DNA of 64,000 nucleotides from Escherichia coli (GCF_024223415.1 NZ_CP100500.1), one strand, 5' to 3'; positions 50,521 to 63,987 are shown, counted from the stretch's first letter. Notes: generated by a model from the sequence alone, not told the origin. Numbers and translations: made by a program.

Positions 50521-51365
50521 ATGAAAAAGGCAATAGCAGAACTGAGTGACAGTGAAACCATTCTGGCGTACAGGGTTGGATGGTGAAACTGATAAAAAAA
50601 CCCCTCTGAAAATTCTGTCAGAGGGGTGTAGTCAATAAGGGTGTCATATTCAACATGAAGATGTCTTCTGGGAATGTTTACATAGCAAATGCTTTCACTC
50701 CGGTAATTAATTTCCGTGATTAACTGCTTTCGATCAATAAAGGAATTGCAAAAGTGTGATCTTGTTCACGACATTGTGGATGATAATATGCCTGATGTCT
50801 GAATCCGGAAACAGTGCTCTGGCGGGTTTCATGTGAAGTTGACGGATAAAAAATCCTCACGACCAGACAGACGTGCGGTTTACGAAATTCGTAACAAGAG
50901 GCTTTTCTACGGATCACGTGGTGCGTGCCACGTGAAATTTTTGTAGCGCAAAATGTGTGATGTGTAAATACAGGAAGGAAAAAAGTTAAATCGGTGGAAG
51001 TCCATACCTGCCACGTGTACGTCTGCATTCCTCGTTTTGAACAGAATTCTCACCAGACATCGTGAATTTCTCATTCAATCATCAGAGATATTAACCAGGA
51101 TTTTTATTGTTTTGTGATAGCAGTACTTTAAATGTTCAGATGCTAAAATAAGCGCGCTTATTATAATTATAGTTATGATGTTTTATCTGTATGTATTTTA
51201 ATGATTTTCGCGTCATTGCTTTTCTGCTGCTTAAATTGAGGGCGCATATTATACACAATAATATTCCTGGTATTATTAAATTAATAAAAGAGGATTCTTA
51301 TCACTGTATTTTTGCTCCGCACTACCGTTCTGGCTGGTGAAGTAATAATACAGGAGAATAACAGA

Positions 51366-52601
<1,236 letters not shown>

Positions 52602-52661
52602 CAGGTCAGGATTTAGATATCTGTCCCGGGGGAGTCCCCCGGGATATAATGAGGTACAGAG

Positions 52662-53117
52662 ATGCTGGATATAATCCTGGCGACGAGAGATATTTATTTT
52701 GAAAAAGCCCTGCGAGAGATATTTGGAACCGTAAGCAGTCGAATCAGATATATAGAAGATGCCATATCAGACAGAAGAAGGGTGCAGTCAGGCAGGTCAT
52801 TCAGATATTATTTTGTATTCTGTGATGATGAGTATACAGATATTGTTCGTATTCTTTTTACCGGAGAGGCCTGCTGTATTCTGAATAAGTCGATGCTGAA
52901 TCTGAGAGCGGCCGGAGGTGTGTTGACGCTGGAAGAGCGCAGAGCGGTACTGAACCGGTATTACAGAGGTTTAAGTATTGCGGAGATTACAGAAGAGACG
53001 GGGCAGAATGACAAGACGGTATACGGTCATCTTCGTCGTGCACTGCAGCGGTCTGGATTCCGGAAGGGGCGTTTTATAAAGGGGAGAGAAGCTGCGGGGG
53101 ATTCAGGTGTTGAATAA
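52662..53117 (+). CDS. LuxR/GerE-type HTH regulator (small)
   Basis: C-terminal ...RAVLNRYYRGLSIAEITEETGQNDKTVYGHLRRALQ... LuxR-type HTH. Confidence 0.55.
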   Translation: MLDIILATRDIYFEKALREIFGTVSSRIRYIEDAISDRRRVQSGRSFRYYFVFCDDEYTDIVRILFTGEACCILNKSMLNLRAAGGVLTLEERRAVLNRYYRGLSIAEITEETGQNDKTVYGHLRRALQRSGFRKGRFIKGREAAGDSGVE

Positions 53118-53501
53118 TGTATCTTATATTGTGATATCGGTGCTGCTGCTGTTATTTTTTGTTGTATTTGTGACGAATGGTTAAGAATAAAACATGAGCT
53201 GGTGATTATCAGGACAGGTTGCTTGTATATGAAGATAACAAAGGCGGCATTTATTTTTGCGCTGTCAGTGTGGAGTGTTGCTGTGATATGTCTTTTATTA
53301 TTTGTACTGATTGTTCTGGGATAGCCATAGTGAAATAAAAAGCTGTCTGAATTAAATTATTTTGCACACATATTTTAATTCTGCACTGAATTCAGAATGG
53401 GTAATCAGTGACCGTCCTGACGGTCACTTTAAAGAAAAGGCATTTACACAGAATGGTAAACAGGTTAAGTCAGCAGAATATCACGGTTAGCACGATGGCT
53501 G

Positions 53502-53840
53502 TCATTCGGCCGATGAACAGTTGCTTAAGACAGGATTATCATTCCCTTCCACCAGATTGGCTTTTTTCCCTTTTGTGTACAGTTTATATGAGTATCTTTT
53601 ATTGATGGCTTCGTAATTGGCTCCGGAGGCCATTTTCATAAGCTGCATAGGTATCATCTCATCCATCTGATTAATCACTGCATATGAGTTCCCAGCAGTG
53701 GTGTTGATATAGACCACCTCCATTGTCTTATTTCCATTACAGACATAAGCTGTTTTTGAGATTTCTTTTGTGGCAGCGGAGGATACCATACTGCTGCTAA
53801 CAAGAATGAGTGCAAGGACGGGAGAAGAGTATTTTTTCAT
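53502..53840 (-). CDS. Periplasmic C-type lysozyme inhibitor (MliC/PliC family)-like protein
   Basis: Signal peptide; YVCNGNK...MASGANYEA...YKLYTKGKKANL...LSNC parallels MliC pattern (C...SASGARY...WSKG...NC). Confidence 0.55.
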   Translation of the reverse strand: MKKYSSPVLALILVSSSMVSSAATKEISKTAYVCNGNKTMEVVYINTTAGNSYAVINQMDEMIPMQLMKMASGANYEAINKRYSYKLYTKGKKANLVEGNDNPVLSNCSSAE

Positions 53841-54344
53841 AATAACTCCTTCTGTAGGTTAAAAAAACAGGTGTTTGATCAGAATTATATTAATAATTCA
53901 TTCATCAGAAAAAAAGGTTTTTGTTATAGCAATAATAATGAGCACAATTGCTTGTGAAACTGGTGCCATTTTACGGTTGCTTAGGAGTGCTGAAACTGTG
54001 CCTGTTAGGGCACAGCTGGTGTGGTGGTCTCAGTACGGAACAATTTGAAAACCAGAACATCACTTAGGCTTGTGTCCACATTACATGGGGTAGGATCAGT
54101 ATTCCTCTATCAGGGGTAACTCGACCAGGCTGGCTGAGCTCTCGTTTTACTGCGAGTATCTATGCCCATTCAGCCAGTGTCAGCGCGAGAGTGTTAAATT
54201 CCGAGCCATTATCCATGCGCAGCATGACCGGATAACCATGATTTAGCCCCTGCCGAGCTAATCGGGTACTGCATAGCACTCTCAATATGGAATAAGCGAT
54301 AATTATCGCTTATTCCCAGCAAAATATCATGCCTCATCGGTGCT

Positions 54345-55034
54345 TTACGAGGCGATCGCTGCGATAAAGCGTGTCGTTATCTGCTGCGGACGAGTGATTG
54401 CCCCCCCAACCACCACGGTATGAGCGCCTAATGTCAGGCAACGTGCGGCGCACTCCGGGGTGTCGACATTCCCTTCCGCCACGACCGGAACGCTGACCGC
54501 TTTCAGGACCTCACGTAAGAATCCACAGTCATTTTCCGCCAGCACATGCCTGGCAGTTTCTGCGGTATAGCCGTAGAGCGTAGTGCCCACACAGTCAAAA
54601 CCCAGACGTTCAGCTGTCACTGCCTCTTCTACTGTTGCTATATCTGCCATCAGAAGTATGGACGGGTAGCGAGCGCGGATCTGCGTGACCAGTTCTTCCA
54701 GCGTCTGACCACCAGGGCGCGGGCGCGCAGTAGCATCCAGGGCAATAATTTCCGGCTCAACGGTCATCAGCTCATCCACTTCCCGGAGAGTGGCCGTGAT
54801 AAACACCTCACTGCCAGGGTAATCGCGTTTGATAATCCCTATCATCGGAAGGGAGACAATCTCTTTGATAGCACTAATATCCGCCACGCTGTTGGCACGG
54901 ATACCTGCAGCACCACCTTGTGCTGCCGCCAGCGCCATACGTGACATAATAAACGGACTATGTAGAGGCTCATTTTCCAGAGCCTGACAGGAGACGATTA
55001 ATTTACCTTTCAGGGAATCCAGTACAGTTTTCAT
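54345..55034 (-). CDS. N-acetylmannosamine-6-phosphate 2-epimerase (NanE-like)
   Basis: 229 aa; ...[38 protein letters not shown]... matches NanE pattern. Confidence 0.8.
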   Translation of the reverse strand: MKTVLDSLKGKLIVSCQALENEPLHSPFIMSRMALAAAQGGAAGIRANSVADISAIKEIVSLPMIGIIKRDYPGSEVFITATLREVDELMTVEPEIIALDATARPRPGGQTLEELVTQIRARYPSILLMADIATVEEAVTAERLGFDCVGTTLYGYTAETARHVLAENDCGFLREVLKAVSVPVVAEGNVDTPECAARCLTLGAHTVVVGGAITRPQQITTRFIAAIAS

Positions 55035-56626
55035 TACGATAAAATCTCTTCGACTTCGTTTTTAATGATGGTGACATGAGGGCCATAAATCACCTGAACG
55101 CCGTTGCCGCGAATAATCACGCCACGCGCTCCGGCCACTTTCAGCGCAGCTTCATCTACCTTACTGCTCTCTTTAACCGTCACGCGCAGGCGCGTGGCGC
55201 AACAGTCCACCTCTTCCAGATTCTCTTTGCCTCCCAGCCCGGCAATGACTGCCGCTGCGCGTTCACTCTGAGGCTGGCCGGATTCAACCTGGGTTACGTT
55301 CTCACGCCCCGGCGTCAGCCAGCCAAAGCGGTTAATCAAATAGCGGAAAGTAAAGTAGTAAAGGAAGAACCACGGTATTCCCACTATGGGGACATACATC
55401 CAGTTTGTTTTAGCTTCCCCCTGCAACACGCCGAAGAGAAGGAAATCGATAAGCCCGCCCGAAAAGGTTTGCCCAATAGTGATATGTAAAATATGGGCGA
55501 CCATAAACGCCAGACCATCGAAGAAGGCGTGAATTACGTATAATACGGGCGCGACAAACAGGAAGGAGAACTCAACAGGCTCAGTGATTCCCGTCAGGAA
55601 AGAGGTCAGGGCTGCTGACAAAAGTAGTCCGGCGACAACCTTTCTATTCTCCGGCTTTGCAGTATGGTACATTGCCAGACATGCGCCAAGCAGGCCAAAC
55701 ATCATGGTGATAAAGCGCCCGGACATAAAGCGAGCGGTACCCGCGTAGAACTGCTGCGTATTCGGATCGGCAAGTTGGGCAAAGAAAATCCGCTGCGTAC
55801 CTTCAACCAACTGGCCGTTGACGATTTCACTGCCGCCCAGCGCCGTCGTCCAGAACGGCAAATAAAAGATATGGTGTAAACCCAGTGGACCAAGCATACG
55901 CAGGATGAAGCCGTACAACAGCGTCCCCAGATAGCCCGTCGCATCCACCAGGTCGCCCAGTCCAAAAATGAGTTTCTGGAAATGCGGCCACACCACCGTC
56001 ATAACCGCACCCACTACTATCGCGGCAAGGGAGCTGATAATGGGTACAAAACGAGAACCACTAAAAAAACCGAGAAACTGAGGTAGTGAGACTTTATTGA
56101 AACGGCTATGTAAAGTGCAGGTGACGAGACCAATCACCACCCCACCAAACACACCAGTTTCCAGTGTCTGAATACCAAGCGTCATCCCCTGGCCAACTGA
56201 AGCGGGGTTCTTGTGCGCCAGCGTTCCGTTGAGCGTTAATAAGGCGTTGATGGTGGCATTCATCACCAGAAACGCCAGCAATGACGCAAGCCCGGCAGTG
56301 CCTTTATCCGATTTCGCCAGCCCCACGGCGACGCCGACTGCAAAGAGTACCGACAGGTTGGCAAACACAATAGAACCTGCGCTGGTCATGATTGTGAATA
56401 TTGCCTGCAACCAGTCGGCATCTAAAAACGGATAAGCCGTCAACGTGTTTGGATTTGACAACGCGCCACCAATCCCTAATAACAGCCCTGCTGCGGGCAA
56501 TACCGCAATCGGCAGCATGAAGGATTTTCCGAACCGCTGCGCTTTTTCAAACCATCCCCCCGATGAAGCGCCGCTAAACATTTGCATCATTTTATCATCT
56601 CCTCGATTTTTGATGAAAATTTTCAC
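55034..56626 (-). CDS. PTS EIICB component, glucose/maltose (Glc) family
   Basis: Polytopic IIC domain followed by C-terminal IIB with CATRLRV motif; start codon uncertain. Confidence 0.8.
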   Translation of the reverse strand: MKIFIKNRGDDKMMQMFSGASSGGWFEKAQRFGKSFMLPIAVLPAAGLLLGIGGALSNPNTLTAYPFLDADWLQAIFTIMTSAGSIVFANLSVLFAVGVAVGLAKSDKGTAGLASLLAFLVMNATINALLTLNGTLAHKNPASVGQGMTLGIQTLETGVFGGVVIGLVTCTLHSRFNKVSLPQFLGFFSGSRFVPIISSLAAIVVGAVMTVVWPHFQKLIFGLGDLVDATGYLGTLLYGFILRMLGPLGLHHIFYLPFWTTALGGSEIVNGQLVEGTQRIFFAQLADPNTQQFYAGTARFMSGRFITMMFGLLGACLAMYHTAKPENRKVVAGLLLSAALTSFLTGITEPVEFSFLFVAPVLYVIHAFFDGLAFMVAHILHITIGQTFSGGLIDFLLFGVLQGEAKTNWMYVPIVGIPWFFLYYFTFRYLINRFGWLTPGRENVTQVESGQPQSERAAAVIAGLGGKENLEEVDCCATRLRVTVKESSKVDEAALKVAGARGVIIRGNGVQVIYGPHVTIIKNEVEEILS

Positions 56627-56755
56627 TATAATTATTCTTATAAATAAAAATCACCATCAAAATCTAAGAAGTCGATCATACTTTTTTAAAATGTCTGGCA
56701 TCAATCCCCTCCTTTCCGTCACACTATCAACAGATAAACGCATTAAGGATTTTAC

Positions 56756-57580
56756 ATGTCAGAAAATGAAAACCTGCTGCTGAGATTGCGCCAGAGCGTT
56801 GATGGATATAGCCGAACACAACAGAAGCTGGGAGAGTTTGTACTTAGCGATCCGGCAAAAGTTGTCTACCTGACGATTACCGAACTTGCGCGTGAAAGCG
56901 GCACCAGCGAGGCTAGCGTCACACGTCTGTGCCGAACGCTTGGGTGTAAGGGCTATAACGAATTCAAAATGGCGCTGGCACTCGATCTCCGACAAGTACA
57001 GTTTGTAGAGCACGGCGGTGATGAGATTGACAATGTGGTCAATGAATCCGTGCAAGCAATACAGGACACAGCAAAATTACTCGACAGAACCTTGCTGGAA
57101 GCAGCCGCGCTTGCACTGCATCAGGCTCAGTCAGTGCAGATTTATGGCGTAGCAGCCAGTGCCATTCTGGGGGAGTATTTACATTATAAACTCCTGCGTC
57201 TGGGGAAACCCGCACAATTGTTCAGCGATATGCATCGTGCTGCCATGAACGCCACAACACTTAGTAAAAACACGTTCGTGGTGGCGATTTCCAGTTCTGG
57301 ATCCACGCGCGATCTGCTGCATGTCGTAAAACTAGCGCGTAAGCAAGGTGTGCGTGTACTGGCGCTGAGTAATACACCGCGCAGTCCGTTATCTTCGCTG
57401 AGTGATATTCAACTGGTCGCGGCCAAACCGGAAGGACCCTTGAGTGCCGGCGCGCTGACTGCCAAAGTGGGAGTGATGCTGTTGGTAGAGCTACTCACCA
57501 CATCGCTGATTGCGCTGGATGACCAGTACAGCGAGGTGAGCCAGAAAACAGCCAGCGCGACCCTACCGCTACTGCTTTAA
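56756..57580 (+). CDS. RpiR/MurR-family transcriptional regulator (HTH + SIS domain)
   Basis: N-terminal ...LTITELARESGTSEASVTRLCRTLGCKGYNEFK... then SIS-like domain. Confidence 0.8.
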   Translation: MSENENLLLRLRQSVDGYSRTQQKLGEFVLSDPAKVVYLTITELARESGTSEASVTRLCRTLGCKGYNEFKMALALDLRQVQFVEHGGDEIDNVVNESVQAIQDTAKLLDRTLLEAAALALHQAQSVQIYGVAASAILGEYLHYKLLRLGKPAQLFSDMHRAAMNATTLSKNTFVVAISSSGSTRDLLHVVKLARKQGVRVLALSNTPRSPLSSLSDIQLVAAKPEGPLSAGALTAKVGVMLLVELLTTSLIALDDQYSEVSQKTASATLPLLL

Positions 57581-57736
57581 AGACATAAAAAACCGCCGAA
57601 GCGCTGGGTGCTCCCCATGAATCAGTGATAATAAACCAACATCATATTCTGGTAGGTTCTGGCGAGGTGATTAAAAACGGTGCTCAGCACCGTTCGTTTT
57701 AAAATTAGCGAGGAGTATCGTAAGATGCTCTTCCCC

Positions 57737-59080
57737 CTACTTCAGAAAATCCTTCACATCCAGTAGAATAAACTCGTTGTCATCCGCCATATTAGGCCAG
57801 CGGCTGGAGGAAAACGGGAAGTTATTATCGTTGCCTACGATGATGTGGTTAGTGTCAACCACATCCACGTTCTCGATGGTGAAGAACGGGAAGGTCAGCA
57901 CACCGTCGTTCAGCGGCTTGCGTGCCAGCTTGTTCGGATCCTGAATCTTCATCAGGTCAATATAGCCCAGTTTTTCGACAGGTTTTCCGACGTTAGTGTC
58001 CGAGAAAGCAATTTTATACACCCGTTTGAACCTGGCTACTTGACTGAAGCAGTTGTTGGTCGGCGCGCCGGCGACGCAGGCTTTATCCGCCGTGCCTTCG
58101 CCGTTATCACGCTCGATCACCAGTCCGTGGGTATCATCTATCATATTGAAGTCGCCGATGGCGTTCTGGTTGTCTTCCAGCACGTACTGCCAGCTGCGAC
58201 CAGTCCAGGCCTGCTGTTTGGCATCGAACTCCAGCACACGCAGGTAGCGTTTTCCGCCAACGTTCTCGAACTGCTCACCGTCCCACAATGCCCCTTCCAG
58301 CAGCGGATACAGCTTACTGCCGTCCGGCGAGATGGCCATGCCTTCAAAGCCTTTGGAACGCGCCACCTGGAAGTTCAGCTTACCGTCCGGAGCGCTAGGT
58401 AGAGTCAGCGTCGGGTTGTCCGGCGATTTAACCACCTTACCGTCCACTTCTGTGTCGAACACCGCCAGCACCTTGCCGTTCAGGTCGGTCTTGATCAGGT
58501 AAGGACCGAACTCATCACCGATCCATAAGGCATCGTCGGAAAACTGGAAGCTTTCCGGATCAAAATCGCTGCCGGTCAGATAGCGTAGTTCGGTGCTCTC
58601 GTTGATGATGTGGAACGGCACCTTTTTATCCGGATCATGCAGGAACAGCGTCTTCAGCGGTACTACCGAGCCGTCTTTGAAATCTATCTTGTATTGGTTG
58701 AGGTACAGCATGGCGTCCGGGGAGTTGGCTTTGCTGCCGAAGCCATTGTCAGTCAGCACCCAATAGGTACCGTCGGGCATGTGTTTGATACCTGAGTGGC
58801 CCTGCAACGGCTGACCATTGATCGGCAGGCTGAGTCCTGTCAGGCGTTCTGCGGATTTGCCCGCTACGCTGCCCAGCTCGGTGACGCGTTTGCCGCTGGT
58901 GTATTTGCCGCTCTGTTGCAAATCGCCCGGCGCATCCTTCGGTGTTGAAACAGCGGATTTTGCCGGCAGAATTGCATGCCCGGCCAGCGTTGCCTGCACC
59001 GGCTGCGCTTTGGCCCACAGGTTGGCGCTCAGAGCCATGCAGCCAACCAGTATAGCCAGCCGGATTTTGGAGTTGTGCAT
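57737..59080 (-). CDS. Secreted protein, putative phytase-like esterase family
   Basis: Signal peptide MHNSKIRLAILVGCMALSANLWA; 447 aa; family assignment from recalled pattern only. Confidence 0.4.
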   Translation of the reverse strand: MHNSKIRLAILVGCMALSANLWAKAQPVQATLAGHAILPAKSAVSTPKDAPGDLQQSGKYTSGKRVTELGSVAGKSAERLTGLSLPINGQPLQGHSGIKHMPDGTYWVLTDNGFGSKANSPDAMLYLNQYKIDFKDGSVVPLKTLFLHDPDKKVPFHIINESTELRYLTGSDFDPESFQFSDDALWIGDEFGPYLIKTDLNGKVLAVFDTEVDGKVVKSPDNPTLTLPSAPDGKLNFQVARSKGFEGMAISPDGSKLYPLLEGALWDGEQFENVGGKRYLRVLEFDAKQQAWTGRSWQYVLEDNQNAIGDFNMIDDTHGLVIERDNGEGTADKACVAGAPTNNCFSQVARFKRVYKIAFSDTNVGKPVEKLGYIDLMKIQDPNKLARKPLNDGVLTFPFFTIENVDVVDTNHIIVGNDNNFPFSSSRWPNMADDNEFILLDVKDFLK

Positions 59081-59707
59081 GTCATACTCTCCTTTCGTTG
59101 TTATCGCCCAGAAGTAAAACTAACGTCATTGTAGGGAGCAGAAATGACAGAAATATTATGATTACGGTAGGGATAGCCGTTGCCGGCTTCCCCGCCATGT
59201 CAACGCCGGTATTTATGGTTTCTGTTTGCTTTTCTGTAAAAATAAAGGGGAGAGACGACGGTACTATAAACAACCATGATGAATCTCATCTATTCGGCCC
59301 AGATGAAAGACGCGAGTGAGGCTCTTGTTCGTTAAGCGGATACGTATATCCTGTACAATAATCAGATATACCTCACGGGGTCTAACACTTTATCATCAAC
59401 GAGTTGCAGATCAGATAGTCATACGGTTGCTGCGTGCTTTAGCTGGCTGAATACAGCCTGAAATCATCACCGTAATGACATGATGCCCAGCACAGCCTTA
59501 CCTTTCTGGCGGCGATGGCCACAACAGCGCGTCAGTATTCTCTGCGTTCAACCAGTGAACAGACCCAACGACTGAATGAGTCAGTCCTTTTCTCAGCACC
59601 AATCAGTACTGAACGAGCCCCCTGAACCAGAAGCATTCGCAGATACGAATCACCGGCTTTTGTTATCCTGCCCAGCTTCGACATTCAGCCGCTGCTGTAT
59701 TGTGATA

Positions 59708-60128
59708 GCGTCAGCCCAGCCAGGCTGCCAGTTGCCGTCCCTTTTTAAAATCATGTGCATTACCGATACAGGCAACCAGCGCACAGGCTGTTGTGGGACC
59801 AACTCCTTTTAGCTCCATCAGCTGTTTAATACGGATATCATCCCTTGCAGCCTCATGAAGACGGTGGTCATGAGACGATATGAGTTCATTTTACTCTGAC
59901 AGTTCGCACAACAAACGGATGAAGGGTCATTCCACTGCCCCTGGACAGTATTCCCTGCTGGATTTTACGCACGTGCCTTATCCCCACAGGCAGCAGCAGA
60001 CCAAATTCACTCAACAGCCCCCGGATTTCATTACGCAACGCCGTTCGCTCGCGGATGATTCTGGCCCGGACCCGGTATTCTTCCTGTAACGTCTGCTGGG
60101 ATTCCGATATGAAAACAACAAATCGCAT
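59708..60128 (-). pseudogene. IS110-family transposase remnant (frameshifted, truncated)
   Basis: Manual translation ...LMELKGVGPTTACALVACIGNAHDFKKGRQLAAWLG* matches IS110 C-terminal motif; adjacent fragment ...LRNEIRGLLSEFGLLLP in another frame. Confidence 0.5.
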
Positions 60129-60574
60129 GCCGGGCCTGCTGACGGCCTCACAGATGGCAGCTGCATTATTAGCGTCGTTTTTGTTACCTTTGAGATAAGA
60201 TTTGACAAGTTTCTACGGAATAATGCGCACGGTAGGCCCCATACGGAATGAGTTCCCGTGTCCAGAATGGGAAGAGCCACAGACTTCGATGCTGATGAGG
60301 CAGGGAGAAATCCCGGAGAAAAACGTCATCATGTGGGGAGGGCTCAGCGTTTTTCTCCGTACCACTATTCATTGTGATCAACGCCGTGGATTTGAAAAAC
60401 ATTTTTCGGCAAGATCGAAACCAATACGATTAATATTCATGACTGACTTCTCCACCAGGGAACTGGGTACATCTCAGTCTGGAACGTTGATGCCGTAAGG
60501 AGGAAGATGTCAATCACATCGGCCTACACGCGATGTTAGCTCAGATAGGCGAAACGTATCCGACATTACACTGG

Positions 60575-61891
60575 TTAAGACTTCGTCGATTTCTCAAAGC
60601 GGCGTAGTAACTGATTCCCACGCTCAACGGCGGTATCCAGCGCCTGCTGTGGCGTCTTCTTACCGGTCCACACGCTCTCAAGCTCTTCATCCACAATCGC
60701 TCTGATCTGCGGCATGTTGCCCAGACGTAGTCCTTTGGTGAACGGTAACGACGGTTTGTTCAGCATCTGACGTGTCGCGATATCCGCCCCTGGGTTTTTC
60801 TCATAAAAGCCCTGCTCACGGGTCAGGTCATACGCCGCTTTGGTGATTGGCAGATAACCGGTTTTCTGATGCCACTCGGCAGCATTTTCTGGCTTCGCGA
60901 GGAAGTCGAGGAACTTCGCCACGCCGGTATACGTTTCTTTATCTTTGCCCTGCATCACCCACAGGCTGGCTCCGCCGATAATGGCGTTTTGTGGTGCATC
61001 TTTCGCGTCAGCGTCGTAAGGCATCATGCCTACGCCGTAGTTGAATTTGGCGTACTCGCGAATGCTGGCAAGAGAACCAGAAGAGGCAGTCGTCATTGCG
61101 CAATCACCGTTATAGAACTTCTCGGTGGATTCATCCTTACGCCCGACGTAGCTGAAATCGCCTTTCTTGTTCATCTCTTCGAGCATGGCGATGTGTTTCA
61201 CCTGCTCCGGCTTGTTGAACTCCAGCACCGCATCTGTGCCGTCAAAGCCGTTGTTTTTGCTGGCAAACGGCAGACCGTTCCAGGCGCTAAAGTTTTCCAG
61301 TTGGATCCAGCCCTGCCAGCCGCTGGAGTAGCCGCACTTCATACCGGAGGCTTTCAGTTTCGCGGCATAGTCCGCCAGATCCTGCCAGGTTTTCGGCGGC
61401 TGTTCTGGGTCTAATCCTGCTTTCTTGAAAGCATCTTTGTTGTAATAGAGAACAGGAGTCGAGCTGTTGAACGGCTGGGAGAGTAAGTGTCCCGTTTTGC
61501 TGTCGGAGTAGTAGCCTGAAACCGTCGGCACAAACTGCGACTCATCAAAGTTAATCCCCGCCTCTTTAAACACGTCATACACCGGTTTAATGGCTTTCGA
61601 CGCCATCATGGTGGCGGTGCCAACTTCATAAACCTGCAAAATAGCCGGAGCGTTACCGGTACGAAATGCTGCGATCCCCGCACTTAAACTCTCTTCGTAG
61701 TTGCCTTTATAAGTCGGTATAATTTTGTAATCCGGGTTTTCGGCGTTAAAACGTTGGACCAGAGAATTCACCTCTTTACCCAGTTCCCCTTCCATAGAGT
61801 GCCAGAACGGAATGGTCGTCACTGCCTGTGCATTCCCCATTAACGTCAGTCCGAGCACCAGTGCTGAAGCTGTATAATGTAACGGTTTCAT
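60575..61891 (-). CDS. ugpB: sn-glycerol-3-phosphate ABC transporter periplasmic binding protein UgpB
   Basis: 438 aa; near-identical over its length to recalled E. coli UgpB ([11 protein letters not shown]...[17 protein letters not shown]...). Confidence 0.9.
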   Translation of the reverse strand: MKPLHYTASALVLGLTLMGNAQAVTTIPFWHSMEGELGKEVNSLVQRFNAENPDYKIIPTYKGNYEESLSAGIAAFRTGNAPAILQVYEVGTATMMASKAIKPVYDVFKEAGINFDESQFVPTVSGYYSDSKTGHLLSQPFNSSTPVLYYNKDAFKKAGLDPEQPPKTWQDLADYAAKLKASGMKCGYSSGWQGWIQLENFSAWNGLPFASKNNGFDGTDAVLEFNKPEQVKHIAMLEEMNKKGDFSYVGRKDESTEKFYNGDCAMTTASSGSLASIREYAKFNYGVGMMPYDADAKDAPQNAIIGGASLWVMQGKDKETYTGVAKFLDFLAKPENAAEWHQKTGYLPITKAAYDLTREQGFYEKNPGADIATRQMLNKPSLPFTKGLRLGNMPQIRAIVDEELESVWTGKKTPQQALDTAVERGNQLLRRFEKSTKS

Positions 61892-62028
61892 CGTTTATCT
61901 CTCTTGCTTGTTGTACCTGATGAGCGAATTCACACGTTTCATGCTCGTGGGATTAAATATCATGCCCGAATTGCAGAAAAATAACTTTTTTATTACATGT
62001 GTTAGACAGTAAAGTGTTAGAAAGATGA

Positions 62029-62363
62029 CAGAGCAGTGACGGCACAGGTGAGACGTGGTGGATTGAATTTGATCCTGCTGTTGACAGTGAAATCCGCAAG
62101 ACATGTCCGGCAGTGATCGTGAGCAATGACGCAGCAAACAGGAACCTCGCTCGAGTAGTCGTCGTTCCTCTGACCAGTAACACAGAGCGAGTGTATCCAA
62201 GTGAGGCTGTTGTGACCGTAGGTGTCAGAGCAGCAAAGCGATTGTAGAGCAGATTATGGCGGCGGATAAGTCCTGTCTCAAAACACATATTGGCTCGTTG
62301 TCCAAAGCAGATATGTTGTCTGTTGAGGACGCAATCAAGATCCATCTTGGTTTACTGCGGTAA
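62029..62363 (+). pseudogene. MazF/PemK-family toxin remnant (no start codon, internal frameshift, no antitoxin)
   Basis: Frame 1: ...GETWWIEFDPAVDSEIRKTCPAVIVSNDAANRNLARVVVVPLTSNTERVYPSEAVV...*; frame 0 continues ...KSCLKTHIGSLSKADMLSVEDAIKIHLGLLR*. Confidence 0.5.
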
Positions 62364-62964
62364 CGCCATGTGAATCTGTCGGCTACCGCCATTAGTGACG
62401 GAATTTTCTGTGGGGCAGCGTACCAATGGCATTCGGTTAAGTTCTTGCTGGAGCATCAAAAGAGTTCCAGCGCGTTCTGGGCCGTACATATTTTCGTGGG
62501 TAACACCTCCCTGGCCTTACTCGCTGAGTCATACAACTGCGATCGATTCAGATGCCATTTTGCAATCAGCCTCTCAGAAAGAGCGCAACAGAATGATTTT
62601 AAATGTTTTCCTGTTACCCGAATCAGTAAAGACAAGTACCTCACTACGAGAAACAAGCAGTTTTTGAAATTAAAATTTTGTTTATTTCTACTACTACCGA
62701 TGAAAACGTTATTATCTTAATAATTAATGTCATTTCAGGATATCCATGTAAGGTTAAGTAATAATATATGAGCCTGTATTTTTATTTTACATCTTTCTCA
62801 CTCTGTGAATGAAAATCTTCAATAGAAAATTTGATTTGAATAATTTATATAACTCTTCTATATTACATCAATGCCGATAGAAATCGTAAAAAGCTTCGTT
62901 TTCATAAAAATTTCTTTCAATAATATTTGTAGCTGGACCAGCCCCTTGAAACGCCAGATAGTGG

Positions 62965-63385
62965 ATGTATCTTAAAATAAGAGACAGGCTTGGATATATG
63001 TCTGACACTGGTTCTAATTTTGAGATGACTGGAACTTTGCCGGGGCTGGAGCTTCGTAAACGTAAAACTCCTCAGGAAAAAATTGGCATTATTCAGCAGA
63101 CAATGGAGCCTGGCATGGCGGTGTCACATGTGGCGCGTTTGCGTTGTATTCAGCCCTGCCTGTTGTTTAAGTGGAAAAACAATCTCTGGAAGGAAGTCTC
63201 ACTGCTGTTGCTTCAGGAGAGGGTGTCGTTCCTGCCTCAGAACTGCCTGCCGCTATAAAACAAATAAAAGAGTTACAGCTCTTGCTGGGTAAAAAACCAT
63301 GGAAGTTTAGATCCTCAAAGAAGTGGTGGAGTATGCGCAATCGCGAAAATGGATAGCGCATGTGCCCTTGTTACCTTCGGACAAG
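62965..63385 (+). pseudogene. IS2-like (IS3 family) orfA remnant with multiple frameshifts; orfB absent
   Basis: Fragments ...RKRKTPQEKIGIIQQTMEPGMAVSHVAR..., ...[34 protein letters not shown]..., ...[14 protein letters not shown] resemble IS2 InsC in three frames. Confidence 0.6.
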
Positions 63386-63561
63386 GAATAGCCCCGGTAA
63401 GCCGTGTTCTGGGCGATACTCAGGCGGCAGTCCCTAAATGAAGGACTACCGTTAGTGAATGCAAAGCGCGTTTACCGTAAGCGTAAACTGACCGCCGTAT
63501 GTAGCCATCAGACGAGAATTGGTAACTTAGACGCCCATCTGATATAGACGGACATCTAAGT

Positions 63562-63987
63562 ATGGAATTACAGGACTGGCGAAAAGAACCTCGTAAAAAC
63601 TATTCGAATGAATTCAAACTTCGTATGGTGGAACTGGCATCACAACCTGGAGCTTGTGTTGCACAGATTGCACGTGAAAATGGCGTCAATGATAATGTTA
63701 TTTTCAAATGGCTCAGGCTCTGGCAGAACGAAGGGCGTGTTTCGCGGCGTCTTCCGGTAACGACCTCTTCTGACACTGGCGTTGAATTATTACCTGTAGA
63801 AATAACGCCGGATGAGCAGAAAGAACCTGTGGCGGCCATTGCGCCGTCTTTATCCACTTCCACTCAGACCAGAGTCAGTGCCAGTTCCTGCAAGGTGGAA
63901 TTCCGTCACGGTAACATGACGCTGGAAAATCCATCGCCAGAGCTGCTCACGGTGTTGATCCGTGAACTGACCGGGAGGGGAAGATGA
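63562..63987 (+). CDS. IS66-family accessory protein TnpA
   Basis: ...ACVAQIARENGVNDNVIFKWLRLWQNEGRVS... typical IS66 orfA. Confidence 0.8.
   Translation: MELQDWRKEPRKNYSNEFKLRMVELASQPGACVAQIARENGVNDNVIFKWLRLWQNEGRVSRRLPVTTSSDTGVELLPVEITPDEQKEPVAAIAPSLSTSTQTRVSASSCKVEFRHGNMTLENPSPELLTVLIRELTGRGR

Noticed and set aside
50720-51028. 102-aa minus-strand ORF in the region upstream of the adhesin gene
   Set aside because: No ribosome-binding site or motif, Cys/His/Arg-rich odd composition; more likely non-coding promoter/leader DNA or IS debris.
60869-61414. 181-aa plus-strand ORF inside ugpB
   Set aside because: Antisense to a gene matching UgpB nearly residue-for-residue.
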